A stretch of 20,000 bases of DNA. Origin: Isosphaeraceae bacterium (GTDB lineage Bacteria > Planctomycetota > Planctomycetia > Isosphaerales > Isosphaeraceae). Of this stretch, positions 16,870 through 20,000 are shown piece after piece (position 1 is the first letter of the stretch; each line of letters starts with the position of its first letter). Under the pieces are notes generated by a model. The model ran no database searches. It was not told where the DNA came from and worked only from the letters and a program-made list of their open reading frames with translations. The DNA lies in the NCBI GenBank assembly GCA_965201075.1, contig CBDAVP010000002.1:113830-133829 (forward strand), read 5' to 3'. Made by a program: the position numbers and the translations under genes.

Positions 16870-16873
16870 CGAC

Positions 16874-17566
16874 TCACTCACTCGGTGTCGCGGGGGCCTT
16901 GGCGAGCCGGTCCCGCAGCGCCTCCCGCCAGGAGTCGGACAGGCCCTCACAGTCGGCCAGGGCGGCATGGCCCTCTCGGTCGTTCTTGCGGTGATGGTAA
17001 AGGTCGGCCGCGCGGGCCACGGTCCAATCGGGGTTGGGTCGTTCCAAAACCTCGATGGGCAAACCGGCCTCCAGGTCCGCTCCCTCCAGCACCCGCAAAT
17101 ACCAGCCGCAACGCCCGTTGGCGACCACCCTCGCCGTCAAATCCTTGAGCCGCCAACGACGGGCCAACTTCCAGCAAGGTTGGCGAGGCTGAGTCACCTG
17201 GACCCGCGCCGGGCCAATCGCCAAAAGATCGCCGATGCAAACGTCCCCCTCGGCCTGACCCCCCACCGTCAGGTTCTCGCCGAAACCGCCGTGTGGCATC
17301 GATTCCAGACCCAATTCCTGGGCCCACAGCGGGTAATGACTCGCCGCGTAGACCAGGATGGCCTTGTCGGGACCGCCGTGGTTAAGCATGTCGGCCTGTC
17401 CGTCGCCGGCGAGTCCCAGCCTTCCCAAGCGCAGCGGCCCATCGACCGGCTCCTTGAAGAAGGCGGAGACCCAGGGGCGATCCCACGGGTCGGCCGCGCC
17501 TTCGACCCCGATCGTCCGGGGCCAGCCCACCTGCATCGACAGCAGCAGCGGCGAGTTTGCGTTCAT
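16874..17566 (-). CDS. MOSC domain protein, YiiM-like, with C-terminal 3-alpha domain
   Basis: GL.GD.QAD..HGGPDKA, FGENLT, QPRQPCWK (conserved Cys), GWYLRVL, LS.SW. Confidence 0.9.
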   Translation of the reverse strand: MNANSPLLLSMQVGWPRTIGVEGAADPWDRPWVSAFFKEPVDGPLRLGRLGLAGDGQADMLNHGGPDKAILVYAASHYPLWAQELGLESMPHGGFGENLTVGGQAEGDVCIGDLLAIGPARVQVTQPRQPCWKLARRWRLKDLTARVVANGRCGWYLRVLEGADLEAGLPIEVLERPNPDWTVARAADLYHHRKNDREGHAALADCEGLSDSWREALRDRLAKAPATPSE

Positions 17567-17567
17567 T

Positions 17568-19130
17568 TCAGGCCGAATTATAGATGCGCGACTTCCCGGC
17601 GGAAATCTGCCGGGCCATCGTGTGGGCGTGGTAGTGGAATGAGCACTGGATCAGGTAGCCGAGCACGATCAACGGATCCCGACGGTGCTTCAACAACCGG
17701 GCGATCCGTTTGCGATATTCCTGACGCAGCGACTTCTCGGGGACCATCGTCATCAGGCGGTAGAACAACCCCGCCGACTGAGCGATCAGCCGGCCCTTGT
17801 TCTTCACGTACAGCCAGGGGTGCCGACGCCAGTAACGCTCCTGGGCGCGAGCCATCTTGAGGTTGCCCTCAATGTACAGCGCATCGAGCCGGCCGAAGAA
17901 GGCTTCGGGCTGGTACAACTCGTTCAGCACCTTGACGTAGCCGTCCCGCAGAGCCTCCCGGCTAATCTTGAGGGGGATGACGTTGGTGCCAAACTCCGAC
18001 TCATCGGCCCAGTCGAGTCGGCCCTCCTTCTCCAACCTCGCGTGTAGGGGGGTCTTGGGCGGGGCGTAGAGCATCCCGATCATCGTCAAGACGATGCGGG
18101 CGTCGGTGATGAACTCTCGCTGGCAGGCGAAGATCGTCTCGTCGTCGTTGTCGAACCCCAGGATCATCCCGCACCAAACTTCCATCCCGGCGTCCTGGAC
18201 CCGGTGCACCTTTTCCAGCAAGGTGCCCCCGGTTCGCACGTTCTGGAACTTCTTGGTCTCTCGCAGGGAGGCTTCGTTGGGGCTTTCGATCCCGATGAAG
18301 ACGCTGATGAAGTTCGCCTCCACCATGATCTCCATCAACTCCGCGTCGTCGGCCAGGTCGATCGACGCCTCGGTGTAGAAGGTCAGGGGATAGCCGTTGC
18401 GGACCTGCCAGTCGGCGACGTCCTGAAGGATGGGCTTGATCGCCTTCTTGTTGCCGATCAGGTTGTCATCGACAACGAAAACAATGTCCATCCCCTGCGC
18501 CCGGATCGCCTCCAGTTCCGCGATGATCTGCTCACTGCGCTTGATGCGGGGGCGCCGGCCGAACGTGACGATAATGTCGCAAAACTCGCACTGAAACGGG
18601 CAGCCTCGGGAGAACTGGAGACTCCCGAACAGGTAATGACGCATCTTCAAGAGGTCGAACCGGGGGGTTGGCACGACCGCCATGTCCGATTTTTCGATCT
18701 GCTCGTAACGGTACTGGTGGAGGCCCTGTTTCCACTCCCTGAGGAACTGGGGCCAGGTTTGCTCGGCCTCGCCGATGAAGATCGCCTCGCAGAGCCCCTC
18801 GAAGTAATCTTCCACGAGCGTGACCCAAGGGCCGCCGACGACGACGAAGCAGCCCCGACGCTTCAGTTCGGCCAGAATCTCCTTCATCCGGAAGCGTTGG
18901 ACGCTCATGCCGGTGATCCCGACGATGTCGGCCTGGGCGCAACGCTCGTAGTTGATCGCCTCGACGTTCTCGTCCATCAAGGTGACGGTATGTTCGTCGG
19001 GGGTCAGCGCCGCCAGCAGCGGCAGGCAGGCCACTGGCATGTTTGCCCGCTTGCCGAGCAGCGGCAGAGCGTGTTCCATCCCCCAGTACGAAACCTCGAA
19101 ACGCGGGTTGATCAGGACGATGTCGGCCAT
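17568..19130 (-). CDS. B12-binding radical SAM protein with DUF4070-like C-terminus (HpnP-like architecture)
   Basis: N-terminal cobalamin-binding region (VVVGGPWVT, IGEAE), SRGCPFQCEFC CxxxCxxC motif, VDDNLIGN, FIGIES, GFDND. Confidence 0.88.
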   Translation of the reverse strand: MADIVLINPRFEVSYWGMEHALPLLGKRANMPVACLPLLAALTPDEHTVTLMDENVEAINYERCAQADIVGITGMSVQRFRMKEILAELKRRGCFVVVGGPWVTLVEDYFEGLCEAIFIGEAEQTWPQFLREWKQGLHQYRYEQIEKSDMAVVPTPRFDLLKMRHYLFGSLQFSRGCPFQCEFCDIIVTFGRRPRIKRSEQIIAELEAIRAQGMDIVFVVDDNLIGNKKAIKPILQDVADWQVRNGYPLTFYTEASIDLADDAELMEIMVEANFISVFIGIESPNEASLRETKKFQNVRTGGTLLEKVHRVQDAGMEVWCGMILGFDNDDETIFACQREFITDARIVLTMIGMLYAPPKTPLHARLEKEGRLDWADESEFGTNVIPLKISREALRDGYVKVLNELYQPEAFFGRLDALYIEGNLKMARAQERYWRRHPWLYVKNKGRLIAQSAGLFYRLMTMVPEKSLRQEYRKRIARLLKHRRDPLIVLGYLIQCSFHYHAHTMARQISAGKSRIYNSA

Positions 19131-19306
19131 GAGCGCGGTCGTTCCTCCAGGCTGAGTCGGGGCATCCTGGCGCGGGGGACTGGCGCCGCGGGTGGTCCGA
19201 GGGATGCCATCTTAGCAGTCCCTCACCCGTCGGGAACATCCCCCGGCGATTCCTCAACGGCGCGGGACGCCTCGGCGCGCAACCTCCAGAGGTTTACACT
19301 GGTTGG

Positions 19307-20000
19307 ATGACTTCAAGGCCGGCCCCAGGACGTCCCACCTCGCCAATGCTCAGTTCACCCGTCGCGTTCGCCCCCGCCTCTCCCCGGGCGTTTCCTGCCT
19401 TTGAACCGCATCCCCTGCTCAAGGGGGGACACCGTCAGACCCTCGCCGGCCGGTTCCTCCTGGGACCGAAGGTGACCGTCGAGGCCACCCCCCGCGAGGT
19501 CGACGCCGGCCACGGAGACCGCCTCAGCGTCCTGGACTCGATCCCCCGAGGCTGGGGACCCGGCGACCCGGCGGTGGTTCTGGTCCACGGTCTAGGAGGC
19601 TGCGCCCGCTCCCCCTACGTCGAACGGCTCGCCGCCCGTCTGCTGCGCCACGGGTTTCGCGCTGTCCGGATGAATCTCCGGGGAGCCGGCTCTGGTTTCG
19701 GCCTGGCTCGGGGAACCTATCACGGCGGCCGGACCGATGATCTTCGCGCCGTGGGCCGCTGGCTCCATCGACGCGCCGCCGGCTCCCCCATCGCCTGGGT
19801 CGGCTACTCGCTGGGAGCGAACCTCGTCCTCAAATATGCCGCTGAAGCTCCCGCCCATCCTCCAGACGGCCTGGATTGCCTGCTCGCCGCCAATCCCCCA
19901 CTCGACCTGGCGGCGTGTTGTCAGTCGATCAACCTGCCGAACAACCGCATCTACGACCGCAACTTTGTCCGCAATCTTCGTGAGGAAGTTCGTCGGCTAC
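19307..20000 (+). CDS. YheT-family alpha/beta hydrolase, truncated by the right edge (absent from the ORF track)
   Basis: Hand translation: F.PHPLLKGGHRQTL, VLVHGLGG..S.YV, VRMNLRG, YHGGRTDDL, nucleophile elbow GYSLG. Start at ATG 19307 or 19346, with no stop before 20000. Confidence 0.88.
   Translation, partial: MTSRPAPGRPTSPMLSSPVAFAPASPRAFPAFEPHPLLKGGHRQTLAGRFLLGPKVTVEATPREVDAGHGDRLSVLDSIPRGWGPGDPAVVLVHGLGGCARSPYVERLAARLLRHGFRAVRMNLRGAGSGFGLARGTYHGGRTDDLRAVGRWLHRRAAGSPIAWVGYSLGANLVLKYAAEAPAHPPDGLDCLLAANPPLDLAACCQSINLPNNRIYDRNFVRNLREEVRRL

Noticed and set aside
17568..19130. Assigning the gene symbol hpnP
   Set aside because: The domain architecture is shared with many non-HpnP enzymes, no hopanoid genes are adjacent, and a phylogeny would be needed.
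12666..19310. Long alternative ORFs (12666..14225, 14155..15672, 15781..17148, 16859..17860, 18204..19310)
   Set aside because: Antisense or off-frame shadows of motif-supported genes.

Overview
High-GC bacterial chromosome segment, most likely from a planctomycete (Isosphaeraceae-like), judged from a secreted protein with the Planctomycetes-type RR..E.LEDRxVPS leader. Left to right: possible start of a minus-strand gene at the edge; a 5-copy ~134-bp intergenic tandem array, each unit carrying a 40-bp REP-like hairpin with three evenly spaced T.T mismatches; a GH15 glycoside hydrolase; a Thr-rich beta-repeat secreted protein; a solitary 107-bp long-inverted-repeat element sharing the array's hairpin core; a hypothetical protein; a structured intergenic region; pyrD; a family-16 SAM methyltransferase; an iron-uptake operon (cupredoxin-fused FTR1 permease plus P19/FetP-like protein) under a near-consensus sigma70 promoter with a Fur/IRO-like palindrome at the predicted start site; malic enzyme plus a MazG-like pyrophosphatase; a minus-strand operon (B12 radical SAM, MOSC, ABC-2 exporter, RsmG-TrmH fusion); and a truncated YheT-like hydrolase. 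The best leads are the REP-like hairpin family, the fused cupredoxin-FTR1/P19 iron system with its operator, and the RsmG-TrmH fusion. All family assignments come from recognising motifs by eye, not from database searches.
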